Shown here: piece by piece, positions 21,132-29,322 of the stretch
Layout: each line of letters starts with the position of its first letter
How positions within the stretch are numbered: position 1 is the stretch's first letter
Source: an uncultured Eubacteriales bacterium
Lineage (GTDB): Bacteria > Bacillota > Clostridia > Lachnospirales > Lachnospiraceae
Length of the DNA stretch: 64,000 bases
Assembly: GCA_900542465.1 (NCBI GenBank)
Contig: UQNS01000001.1
Coordinates: 195,100 to 259,099, forward strand
Reading direction: 5' to 3'
The notes under the pieces: generated by a model
Seen by the model: only the letters and a program-made list of their open reading frames with translations
What the model was told of the DNA's origin: nothing
Databases searched by the model: none
Position numbers and translations under genes: made by a program

Positions 21132-21944
21132 ATGTCATTTAAAGGAAATAATAATTTCAGAAAAAGAGATGATAAGAGAGAGTCTGCAGAAGAGGCTGAT
21201 CTTCAGGGTGGTATTATCGAGGGTCGTAATCCTGTAATAGAGGCTTTCAGAGCAGGTGCTCAGATAGATAAGATATATCTGCTGGAGGGAAGTGAGGATG
21301 CCGGACTGAAAACGATCTTCAGAGAAGTCAAGAAGCATAACACGATATATTACTTCGTCAGCAGAGAAAGACTGGATGAACTTTCCGAGACCGGACATCA
21401 TCAGGGTGTTATTGCCAGAGTTGCAGCAGCAGAGTATGCAGAGGTCGATGATATCCTGGAAGCAGCTAGAAAGAAAGGGGAAGATCCATTTATCATCTTG
21501 CTTGATGACATTGAAGATCCGTACAATCTGGGAGCTATCATAAGAACAGCTAACGTTTCAGGGGCGCATGGCGTCATAATAACAAAGAGACATGCTTCAG
21601 GAATTACACCTACAGTCGTAAAGGCCAGTGCGGGGGCGGTTGTTTATACTCCTGTTGCGAGAGTCACCAATCTCACACAGACTATGAAGAAGCTTAAGGA
21701 AGCCGGTCTGTGGTTCGTATGTGCTGATATGGATGGAGAAGTTTTATACAGGCAGGACCTTACGGGCCCTATAGGCCTTGTGATAGGAAACGAAGGTTCA
21801 GGCGTATCTCCGCTTGTTAAGAAAAATTGCGATTTTGTGGCTTCTATACCTGTTAATGGGGAGATACAGTCTCTTAACGCATCGGTTGCCGCCGGGATAT
21901 TATCGTACGAGATCGTCAGACAGAGAATGAATGCGAAAAAGTGA
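21132..21944 (+). CDS. rlmB: 23S rRNA (guanosine-2'-O)-methyltransferase RlmB/YacO (SpoU/TrmH family)
   Basis: SpoU motifs LLDDIEDPYNLGAIIRTA and LVIGNEGSGVS. Confidence 0.8.
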   Translation: MSFKGNNNFRKRDDKRESAEEADLQGGIIEGRNPVIEAFRAGAQIDKIYLLEGSEDAGLKTIFREVKKHNTIYYFVSRERLDELSETGHHQGVIARVAAAEYAEVDDILEAARKKGEDPFIILLDDIEDPYNLGAIIRTANVSGAHGVIITKRHASGITPTVVKASAGAVVYTPVARVTNLTQTMKKLKEAGLWFVCADMDGEVLYRQDLTGPIGLVIGNEGSGVSPLVKKNCDFVASIPVNGEIQSLNASVAAGILSYEIVRQRMNAKK

Positions 21945-21993
21945 TATAATTGGAGATCGATAGGCACTGAGTTTTTGCGGAATAGGGGATCTT

Positions 21994-22626
21994 GTGAATA
22001 GAGATTATGCTGGTTCAAGTGACAGAGAATTACTGAAAATGTTTCATGAAGGAGATGAGAGAGCTTTTAATGAAATTATCACCAGGTACAAGACTATGGT
22101 CAAGTTAAAAGCGCGCGAATTCTTTCTTATAGGCGGCGATAGTCAGGATCTTATACAGGAAGGTACTATCGGGCTGCTAGAGGCTGTTATGGCTTTTCGT
22201 GATGATAAAAATGCAGAGTTTTCAACATTTGCTAACTTATGTGTGAGGAGACGCATGATGAAGGCGGTGGCGTCAGACAATACGAAAAAAAACCTGCCTC
22301 TGAATAATTCGGTATCTCTGGAATTTAATGAGAATGGTGAAAGTCCGGGAAATGAAAAGCTGGACCTGGATCCTCATAATAACTATGAATATTTCAAAGA
22401 TCCAGAGGAGATATTTTTCGGAAGGATCGAACTGGATTCATTTATGTATGAATTAAATAAAGCTTTGAGCAAAATGGAAAGAGAAGTTTTAGAGTTATTT
22501 TTAAAGGGGAAGACCTACAGAGAGATATCTGCGATGTTGGACAGGCCGGAAAAGTCTATTGATAACTGTATTAACCGTATTCTGAATAAAGCCTCTAAAT
22601 TAAGGTTGACAAACGATACTGAATAA
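21994..22626 (+). CDS. sigH: RNA polymerase sigma-H (sigma-70 family, sporulation/transition state)
   Basis: GTG start. Sigma region 2 (DLIQEGTIGLLEAVMAFRD) and region 4 HTH. Conserved cysS-mrnC-rlmB-sigH gene order. Confidence 0.75.
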   Translation: MNRDYAGSSDRELLKMFHEGDERAFNEIITRYKTMVKLKAREFFLIGGDSQDLIQEGTIGLLEAVMAFRDDKNAEFSTFANLCVRRRMMKAVASDNTKKNLPLNNSVSLEFNENGESPGNEKLDLDPHNNYEYFKDPEEIFFGRIELDSFMYELNKALSKMEREVLELFLKGKTYREISAMLDRPEKSIDNCINRILNKASKLRLTNDTE

Positions 22627-22672
22627 ATTAATATTAGGGGGCGTTGCAGAGTCTTGCTGCACGCCCGAATGC

Positions 22673-22744
22673 GCTGACATAGCTCAGGGGTAGAGCACTT
22701 CATTGGTAATGAAGAGGTCGGGAGTTCAAATCTCCTTGTCAGCT
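22673..22744 (+). tRNA. tRNA-Thr (anticodon GGT); prophage integration target
   Basis: Acceptor GCTGACA/TGTCAGC, D arm GCTCAGGGGTAGAGC, anticodon stem CTTCA/TGAAG with loop TTGGTAA, T arm GGGAGTTCAAATCTCCT. The last 16 nt lie within the att repeat. Confidence 0.85.
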
Positions 22745-22765
22745 TTTAATTGTTTCTTGTGAACC
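22729..22765. repeat. attL: 37-bp exact direct repeat shared with 61512-61548 (covers tRNA-Thr 3' end)
   Basis: aatctccttgtcagcttttaattgtttcttgtgaacc is identical at both sites. Similarity continues imperfectly for about 9 more bp. Confidence 0.85.
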
Positions 22766-22839
22766 TCGATTTTATCAGTGTTTACGGCGTTCGGCCACAA
22801 GTTTTTTGATAAAAGGGGCAAAAAAAGGGCAAATATTTT

Positions 22840-23946
22840 TTAAAAAATTTGAATGTTTTTAATTTCTCTATTGAACTTCTCTTTTAATTTATTAGTTGTG
22901 TGCAAGTAAACATCTTTTGTTATAGCGCTGCTTGCATGACCTAATCGGTCAGATATAGCCTCAAGCGACATACCTTTTTCAAACATCAGACTTGCATGAG
23001 TGTGCCTTAAGCTGTGTAAGGTAAGAGATCTACCCAGCTTCTTCAAACAGTGCTCTTTAAAGTACTTGTTTACTGCATAGTACTTGAGATAATTGCCCTC
23101 AAGGTCAAAGAAAAAAAGATTGGTGCGGATACCGGTACTTAATTGTAATTGCTTGTTGTAGCTTAGTTTGTCTTTTATGAACTGCAGTAGCTCATCTTGC
23201 ATATAAACATCACGTTCAGACGTTTCTGTTTTAGTCGTGGAAATTATTTTATTTAAGGGATCAAATGTCTTGTTGACATGAATAACTCTTTCTTCCGTGT
23301 CTATATCTCCATTTGTTAAAGCTATTACCTCTCCAGGTCTAAGACCACTAAGAGCCATAAATAATATAAATTGTTTGTTATGCTGCACATCTAAGCAGTC
23401 TAATAATTCTTTTAACTCATTGGACTCTAAGAATTTATCTGAGATTTTTAATCGTCTAGCCTTATCAGGAAATGGTCTGATTTTATCTAAAAATCTTATG
23501 TCATCAATCAAATCTTCTTGATATGCCCATCTAAATATAGACTTAATTCTTATCATGAATTCATTTAGAGTAGAGCCGGCGCGACCACTTGCTGTCAATC
23601 TATCTCGTATAAAAGCAGCATTGATATTATTGGCCAGCGTATCCTCGCCAAACAACTTGAGTAAAGTATTCCCTGCATGGTAGTTACGGTGGTACGTGGT
23701 AGGTTTGACCGCAGTCTTTTGATAAGCTCTATGCTTTTCTATAATATCTTTAAAAGTATATTCTTTCTTCACTTTGTACGTGGCCAAAGCTTCAATTTTT
23801 TCCATCAGTATCATTTCGGCTTCACGCCGAGTGGCAGCAGTATTCTTTTCAATGGTTAATTTAACCTTTTTATACTTTCCTGTTAAGTGGTCTTTATATG
23901 ACTGCACACACATATACTTTCCGTTTTTAAGTTCTTCAACATACAT
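22840..23946 (-). CDS. int: tyrosine site-specific integrase
   Basis: C-terminal catalytic region HSLRHTHASLMFEKG ... LGHASSAITKDVYLH (R..H..R..Y). Start MYVEEL after GGAAAGGA. Confidence 0.9.
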   Translation of the reverse strand: MYVEELKNGKYMCVQSYKDHLTGKYKKVKLTIEKNTAATRREAEMILMEKIEALATYKVKKEYTFKDIIEKHRAYQKTAVKPTTYHRNYHAGNTLLKLFGEDTLANNINAAFIRDRLTASGRAGSTLNEFMIRIKSIFRWAYQEDLIDDIRFLDKIRPFPDKARRLKISDKFLESNELKELLDCLDVQHNKQFILFMALSGLRPGEVIALTNGDIDTEERVIHVNKTFDPLNKIISTTKTETSERDVYMQDELLQFIKDKLSYNKQLQLSTGIRTNLFFFDLEGNYLKYYAVNKYFKEHCLKKLGRSLTLHSLRHTHASLMFEKGMSLEAISDRLGHASSAITKDVYLHTTNKLKEKFNREIKNIQIF

Positions 23947-24511
23947 ATTTGTATCCTTTCCACCCATTTTAGGGTATAAAAATAACACCTATTTACATGG
24001 CTAGGTGCTAACTGGTACAATGTATGTGATGGTTTGCAGTTAATACCTAGCTGTAAATATTAATTTTCCAGTCCTTCTTGTGCGCCAACACGGGAGGGAC
24101 TTTTTTATTTTCTAGTGTCGTGTTACAATCTCAATATAACGTACTCAGGTGTCCTTAGGACCCTGGGTCTTTTTATGTTTTACTCAAATTTGAGTAAAAG
24201 TACCGTTTTGGTAGTTCAGGGTGTCGCGTTTCATTACACCCTTTATTATTGCCAAGGGTGTGACACAAACCACGGTCCTTATAAGATGGGGTACTGAAAT
24301 GTTACCCCATCTTATACTATTTTCCCGACGTCAGGAAAATAGTATAAGACTGCTTAAACACTGAATATTTACCATATTGTTGACGTCAACAAAATAGTAT
24401 ATAATAAATACGCAAAGCTAATTATCCGAGCGCTCTAGGGATATTAGCATGGCCGAGGAGTACCTTAGCTAAGGAAAAGCCTTACTGCATTTGTGGTAGG
24501 GCTTTTTCCTT

Positions 24512-25009
24512 TTAAAGCTCAAGACTTTTTACAGGTACAAAGCCTGGTAGGTTCCTTTCGATTACTGCCTTTAAATGCTGTAAAGATGTTGGTATGCCTG
24601 CTATTTCTAATAGTACTATTTCATGTGTTTCACCATCAGATTGATATTCTATCAATATTCCTAACAAATCTATTGTTGCCGTTTTTTCTTTACCTGTATT
24701 AGATCCTATTATAGCTCCGACTGGTCCAGCAACTACAGCGCCCACAAGTGTGTTTCTAGCAGAATGGGATCTCTGTCTTATAATGTCTTGTTGTCTATCA
24801 GAGTGAAAAATTTCAACGTGGGTTATTTTATCAATACTTAGAATTGCTTTAGCAGCTAATTTTTTCTTACGCCTGTTTTCAACAAATTCTACAGTTTTTT
24901 CTTTTTCATTTACAGTTACTATAACAGGGTATTCGTTCATTAAGTTTGGGATACCGCTAATGTGTTTTAATGTTTCTTTAGTTATGTATTTTTTCCCAAA
25001 TAATCCCAT
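24512..25009 (-). CDS. hypothetical protein in lysogeny module (glycine-zipper segment)
   Basis: ORF 24512..25048; preferred start MGLFGKK after GAAAGGAA. GAVVAGPVGAIIGS motif. Adjacent to the repressor. Confidence 0.6.
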   Translation of the reverse strand: MGLFGKKYITKETLKHISGIPNLMNEYPVIVTVNEKEKTVEFVENRRKKKLAAKAILSIDKITHVEIFHSDRQQDIIRQRSHSARNTLVGAVVAGPVGAIIGSNTGKEKTATIDLLGILIEYQSDGETHEIVLLEIAGIPTSLQHLKAVIERNLPGFVPVKSLEL

Positions 25010-25031
25010 ATCTATTCCTTTCTTATCGATA

Positions 25032-25901
25032 TTAAACCTTACCAACAACCTTACCGATGCATCTAATGTCTTTTGTGCCCTTAATAATTGGATACTTAGG
25101 GTTTAGAGATATCAAACCATCTTTTCCTAATTGTTTAATATAACAGTGTTCTTCGTTTATAAATATCCCAATATCGCCCTCTTTAATGGAGTCCATCTTT
25201 TTTACTAATACTTTATCCCCATCCTTAAATGAAGGTTCCATGCTATCCCCATCAACACCTATAACAAAATCAGCATCGTTATATATACTTTTTGGCACAT
25301 TAATAGTATTAATCGGGAGATCCTCAAAAAGGAAGTCACCGTTACCAGCACTGGCCAATTTGTTGTAGTATGGAAGCTGTATTAAGTTGTAAGGGCTAGC
25401 GGTCTCTGTCTTGTTTTGCGATGTTTCACATTTTCGATACTTTCTCATAAGCTCTTCGCGTTCTTTTTTATTCTTATATTCTATATTTATGAGAGCGTGA
25501 ATTGCTATTTGTGATTCATAATCAATTCTTTTGTACTTATAGATTGCATCTTCTACACTAAAGTTTTCTGGTGGTTCTTCGGCCCCAAATATTATCTTGG
25601 GGTTTGGAAGTGTCTCAAATTCTTCATTTAATTCAGGGTCTTGGTATCTCAGAAGCTTTTCGCCCTCAAAAACGGAATATTTTGGTGGATCTTCGAGCTC
25701 CAAATCTAATGTGGTTAGATCATAAAACGACACCTTAAATATGTCGGATATTTTTTTTAATTTTTCGAAAGTTGGAATTGCATCATCAACTTCCCATTTT
25801 TGAATAGTGGTAAATGATTTATATCCTAACTTCTTAGCTAGATCATCTTGGGACATACCAGCTTTTTTTCTTAAATATCTTATATTTCGTCCTATTGTCA
25901 T
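25032..25901 (-). CDS. CI-like phage repressor: XRE-family HTH plus LexA-like S24 peptidase domain
   Basis: N-terminal HTH (LRKKAGMSQDDLAKKLG) and C-terminal S24 motifs (GDSMEPSFKDGDKVLVKK ... GKVVGKV). Start MTIGRN after GAGGTG. Confidence 0.85.
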   Translation of the reverse strand: MTIGRNIRYLRKKAGMSQDDLAKKLGYKSFTTIQKWEVDDAIPTFEKLKKISDIFKVSFYDLTTLDLELEDPPKYSVFEGEKLLRYQDPELNEEFETLPNPKIIFGAEEPPENFSVEDAIYKYKRIDYESQIAIHALINIEYKNKKEREELMRKYRKCETSQNKTETASPYNLIQLPYYNKLASAGNGDFLFEDLPINTINVPKSIYNDADFVIGVDGDSMEPSFKDGDKVLVKKMDSIKEGDIGIFINEEHCYIKQLGKDGLISLNPKYPIIKGTKDIRCIGKVVGKV

Positions 25902-26000
25902 ATGCATCACCTCTGCGGTCATTTTAAGGCATGGTATAAAAAAAATCAAGTTTAAAACACCTTTTTTATATATAACTTCAAAAAAAATATATTAAAAGGG

Positions 26001-26029
26001 TTGACACTTTAAAAAAAAGGAAGTATATT
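26001..26029 (+). promoter_or_regulatory. early rightward promoter (PR-like) in the repressor/cro divergent region
   Basis: TTGACA, 17-nt spacer, TATATT, 25 nt upstream of the cro-like ORF. Confidence 0.5.
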
Positions 26030-26054
26030 TACACCAAGGTTAATCAGAAAGGGG

Positions 26055-26255
26055 GTGCGTTTTTTGAGAAAGTATTCATTAAAAGAATTAAGGGCTAGAT
26101 TAAATTTAACACAAGAAATATTGGCTTTTAAACTTGGGGTAACGACTGCAACTTACAACAATTGGGAAAAGAGTTTGCTTAATGTAAAAATCAAATATCT
26201 ATTAAAGATATCGGATTTTTTTAAGATTAGTCTAGATGAAATTCTCATAAGGTAA
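26055..26255 (+). CDS. Cro-like XRE-family HTH protein
   Basis: HTH (LKELRARLNLTQEILAFKLGVTTATYNNWEK). Transcribed divergently from the repressor. Confidence 0.7.
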   Translation: MRFLRKYSLKELRARLNLTQEILAFKLGVTTATYNNWEKSLLNVKIKYLLKISDFFKISLDEILIR

Positions 26256-26433
26256 TTTTTTTTGCGTTCATACTTCAAAAAAAGTAAAGTGCTTTAAAAA
26301 TATTAAAGCTACCACCCTTAAGGCTCATCACGACAAATGTTTGTCTATACAACTCATCTACATATAACCGTGGTGGGTCTCAAGGGCGGTAGGTAGAAAG
26401 GAGGAAAGATGAATAGAAAGGAAAACACAAGAT

Positions 26434-26613
26434 ATGGGGTTAAAAGAAAAAAGAAAAATTAAAGGGCTTAACCAAACCGAGCTAGCAACAGCAATCGGGT
26501 TAAAACAAAGTGTTGTTTCAGCTTGGGAAGTTGGAGTACAAGAGTTGCCGGTGAGGAATGCGAAAAGGATAGCAGAAGTCTTGGGTTGCGACTGGAAAGA
26601 CTTATACGATTAA
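26434..26613 (+). CDS. small XRE-family HTH protein (59 aa)
   Basis: MGLKEKRKIKGLNQTELATAIGLKQSVVSAWEVG. Below the ORF-track size cutoff. Confidence 0.5.
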   Translation: MGLKEKRKIKGLNQTELATAIGLKQSVVSAWEVGVQELPVRNAKRIAEVLGCDWKDLYD

Positions 26614-26626
26614 GAAAGGATTAGAA

Positions 26627-27004
26627 ATGAACGTAACAAAAGAAGAATTAAAAGAAAGAATAATTATGTACAGAAGAGGGCTCGCAGAGGAAGTAAGGAT
26701 ATTAGGGATTATTGAGGACTTGTTAGACGAGAAGAATACCCCTAAGCCTTTTACCAATGCAGGCATTGAAGCTAAGAAGATTAGAGAGGTGGCTTTTAAC
26801 GTACTTGGGCAGGAGGACAGACTTGAAGAGGTTATAAAGTCAAGATCCTTAAAGAAAGCACCTTTATCTATTGAGAAGAAAAGTCAGAGACTGCATTTAA
26901 CCTTACAGCCAAGCTTGTATGAAAGGGCTAATAATACGGCAAATGAATTAGGTGTAAGCCTTAATGAGTTCATGAGTTGCTTGATTGACGCTTATGCAGA
27001 TTAA
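26627..27004 (+). CDS. ribbon-helix-helix (Arc/CopG-like) domain protein
   Basis: C-terminus RLHLTLQPSLYERANNTANELGVSLNEFMSCLIDAY is typical of RHH DNA-binding domains. Confidence 0.55.
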   Translation: MNVTKEELKERIIMYRRGLAEEVRILGIIEDLLDEKNTPKPFTNAGIEAKKIREVAFNVLGQEDRLEEVIKSRSLKKAPLSIEKKSQRLHLTLQPSLYERANNTANELGVSLNEFMSCLIDAYAD

Positions 27005-27016
27005 AGGAGGTGAATC

Positions 27017-27202
27017 ATGTTCGTAATATCAACAATCCTTCTGGGGATAATTCTGATCGTTATAGCCGTTGATCATATAGTTTTGCTTTTTAAATTTGAA
27101 GAGCTGGAAAAAGATCGAAACAGAGCAATTGCAAGAATAGCAAGGCTTAAGAATTTACTAAAAGAAGAAAAGTCCCATGCAAAGTTTGGCGACCGCGCAT
27201 AA
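27017..27202 (+). CDS. small membrane protein
   Basis: N-terminal TM (VISTILLGIILIVIAV) and charged coiled tail. RBS AGGAGG. Confidence 0.5.
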   Translation: MFVISTILLGIILIVIAVDHIVLLFKFEELEKDRNRAIARIARLKNLLKEEKSHAKFGDRA

Positions 27203-27259
27203 GGGACTTATCTAAATAACTTAGGTGTTTATTATAGCACTTTTTGGAGGTGTTGAGAA

Positions 27260-27544
27260 ATGGAAATTGAAGAGATTAAAAAATACGTCAGTTATGAAGA
27301 AGGGGGCAAGCTGTTAGAGCTAAGCCCTAGAACGATAAGAGTTTATAAAAAAGAAATGAAGGATAGTGGCTTGATTGGGACTCGATACCCACGAGAGGTT
27401 CTTATCGACTGCGGTAAGATAGTGCGCTTATGGTTGCCGGCTCTAGCAGATTACATGAACAACCGTAAACGTCTGCTTGATAAGAATATGAGCAAGTACG
27501 TAGAGCCGTTTCACTGCCAGAAAAGGCTAGGGCTGTGCGTATGA
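27260..27544 (+). CDS. HTH/excisionase-like DNA-binding protein (putative)
   Basis: LLELSPRTIRVYKKEMKDSG resembles excisionase/MerR-type HTH. Confidence 0.4.
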   Translation: MEIEEIKKYVSYEEGGKLLELSPRTIRVYKKEMKDSGLIGTRYPREVLIDCGKIVRLWLPALADYMNNRKRLLDKNMSKYVEPFHCQKRLGLCV

Positions 27545-27663
27545 AAAAAAACAATAAAAAAGCCCTTGCAAAGCCTACCAAACCGCGCAAGGGAAAAAGA
27601 CACTTATTAACTAAACATCTGCTTGGATTATAGCAGATGGGAACCTTAAAGAAAAGAGGGCAC

Positions 27664-28521
27664 ATGGGTTACAAATATGAATTAACAGATGAGACAAGAT
27701 ATGGATTAAAAAGACTAATAATTACTACAGATAACGCTGAGACCTTAGGGGGATTTGTTAATAACTTAGATAATGTGTCTGGCAACGCCATGGTAACTGA
27801 CGAAGCTATGGTATATGGCAACGCTAGGGTATATAGCGACGCTATGGTAACTGACGAAGCTAAGGTATATGGCTACGCTAGGGTATATGACAACGCCGAG
27901 GTAACTGGCAAAGCTGAGGTATATGGCAACGCTATGATATATGACGACGCTAGGGTAACTGGCAACGCTGAGGTATCTGACAACGCTGAGGTAACTGGCA
28001 AAGCTGAGGTATATGGCAACGCTAGGGTATATGGCAACGCTGAGGTATATGACAGCGCTTTGGTATCTGGCAATGCTAAGGTATATGGCGACGCTGCGGT
28101 ATATGACGAAGCTGTGGTATATGGCAACGCTAAGGTATATGGCGACGCTTTGGTATATGGCAATGCTAGGGTATATGGCGACGCTGAGGTATATGGCAAT
28201 GCTAAGGTAAAAGGCAACGCTAGGGTATATGACAACGCTGAGGTATATGGCGAAGCTATGGTATATGGCAACGCTAAGGTACTTGGCAACTCAAAGATAG
28301 AGAAGAATTCCGACTACTTAGTCATCGGGCCGATTGGTTCAAGAGATGACTTTATAACCTTTACCAACTCCTATGATGGAATATTAGCAACAGTAGGTTG
28401 CTTTCACGGAACTCTAGCGGAGTTTAAAGAAAAAGTAAAGCAAACACACGCTGATAACAAACACGCTAAGGCTTACTTACTAGCATGTGATTTAGCAGAA
28501 TGGAGGATTGCAGGGGTATGA
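27664..28521 (+). CDS. hexapeptide-repeat protein (about 29 tandem xxAxVx units) with globular C-terminal domain
   Basis: ORF 27637..28521; start MGYKYEL after AAGAGGG. Repeats GNAKVY/GDAEVY... encoded by near-perfect 18-bp DNA repeats. Confidence 0.75.
   Translation: MGYKYELTDETRYGLKRLIITTDNAETLGGFVNNLDNVSGNAMVTDEAMVYGNARVYSDAMVTDEAKVYGYARVYDNAEVTGKAEVYGNAMIYDDARVTGNAEVSDNAEVTGKAEVYGNARVYGNAEVYDSALVSGNAKVYGDAAVYDEAVVYGNAKVYGDALVYGNARVYGDAEVYGNAKVKGNARVYDNAEVYGEAMVYGNAKVLGNSKIEKNSDYLVIGPIGSRDDFITFTNSYDGILATVGCFHGTLAEFKEKVKQTHADNKHAKAYLLACDLAEWRIAGV
27775..28290. repeat. about 29 head-to-tail copies of an 18-bp repeat (ggcaacgctagggtatat consensus), coding
   Basis: Direct inspection: the unit varies at only a few positions. 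Confidence 0.9.
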
Positions 28522-28676
28522 AAGCTTTAAACATAATTCAGATAGCCGCCATGATCACAGGCGTTATGTTTGCCACCGGTCTTGATGATATGAAGCCGGG
28601 GACGGTCATAGCGATAGTTACATGCTTTGCGATTGCAGGCATAACAGGACTGGTTAAAAAGGCGGTGAGATCATGA
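28518..28676 (+). CDS. small membrane protein (52 aa)
   Basis: ATGA overlap with the preceding stop. Two hydrophobic segments. Confidence 0.4.
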   Translation: MKALNIIQIAAMITGVMFATGLDDMKPGTVIAIVTCFAIAGITGLVKKAVRS

Positions 28677-28834
28677 CAGTAACGATAACAGTACCGGTCA
28701 AACTTAAGTATGAAGCCAGAGACGATTGGGACGATATAGAAGTGTATGAGAAGTCAGAGAAGATATACGAAGCGGCTAAGAGCTTTGATTTCGACTTCCC
28801 TAATTTTTGCGAGTGTAACGTAGATATAGATTAA
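28673..28834 (+). CDS. small acidic protein (53 aa)
   Basis: ATGA-coupled to the previous ORF. Confidence 0.35.
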   Translation: MTVTITVPVKLKYEARDDWDDIEVYEKSEKIYEAAKSFDFDFPNFCECNVDID

Positions 28835-28848
28835 AAGGAGACATATAA

Positions 28849-29322
28849 ATGAAATTAGAAATTGAATTTAACACTATGGAAGAGTTAGCAACAAAGGCAC
28901 TTGAGTTGTCAGATGCCTTAATTAGACAAGTAAAAGTACCGGACAAGAATGTATTTGAAACTATAAAAGAAAACAAAGGCGATTCCATACCCGTGGCTCC
29001 AATTGCACCTGAGTCGGAACCAGTACAGACACAAGCAGTACCTACCGCGCCGGTTCCAACAACACCTGTACAGGAGACACCGACAGTACCAGTACAGCCT
29101 GCTCCACAGCCAGTTGTTGCACCTGTAGCAACTACAGAACATACATTTACTGTTGATGAGCTTGCAAAGGCAGGTACTGATCTTATGGCAGCTAAACCAG
29201 ATGTAACAGTTCAGTTACAGCAGTTACTCGCCAACTTTGGGGTTCTTGGCATACCAGAACTCCCGGCTGAAAGGTATGGAGAGTTTGCAACAGCTCTTAG
29301 GGGATTGGGGGCGAATATCTAA
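28849..29322 (+). CDS. hypothetical protein with Pro/Thr/Val-rich linker
   Basis: RBS AAGGAG. Linker PVAPIAPESEPVQTQAVPTAPVPTTPVQETPTVPVQPAPQPVVAPVA. Confidence 0.65.
   Translation: MKLEIEFNTMEELATKALELSDALIRQVKVPDKNVFETIKENKGDSIPVAPIAPESEPVQTQAVPTAPVPTTPVQETPTVPVQPAPQPVVAPVATTEHTFTVDELAKAGTDLMAAKPDVTVQLQQLLANFGVLGIPELPAERYGEFATALRGLGANI

Noticed and set aside
24115-24297. 60-aa ORF in the int-proximal noncoding region
   Set aside because: No RBS. It spans several perfect palindromes and the sequence looks like regulatory or RNA DNA, not coding.
24464-24475. CCTTAGCTAAGG palindrome shares TTAGCTAAG with the SNF2 disruption site at 36222
   Set aside because: A 9-mer match is expected by chance roughly once in a 64-kb window on two strands. 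There is no flanking similarity, so it is not evidence for a shared mobile element or target site.
28013-28210. Alternative-frame ORFs (MATLGYMATLRYM... and the minus-strand 138-aa ORF 27873-28289)
   Set aside because: These are frame-shifted readings of the same 18-bp repeat. The main-frame ORF has the RBS and a non-repetitive C-terminal domain.
27775-28290. Possible CRISPR array because of regular 18-bp repeats
   Set aside because: Repeats are directly adjacent with no spacers. They sit inside an open reading frame and translate to a regular hexapeptide solenoid. No cas genes are present.
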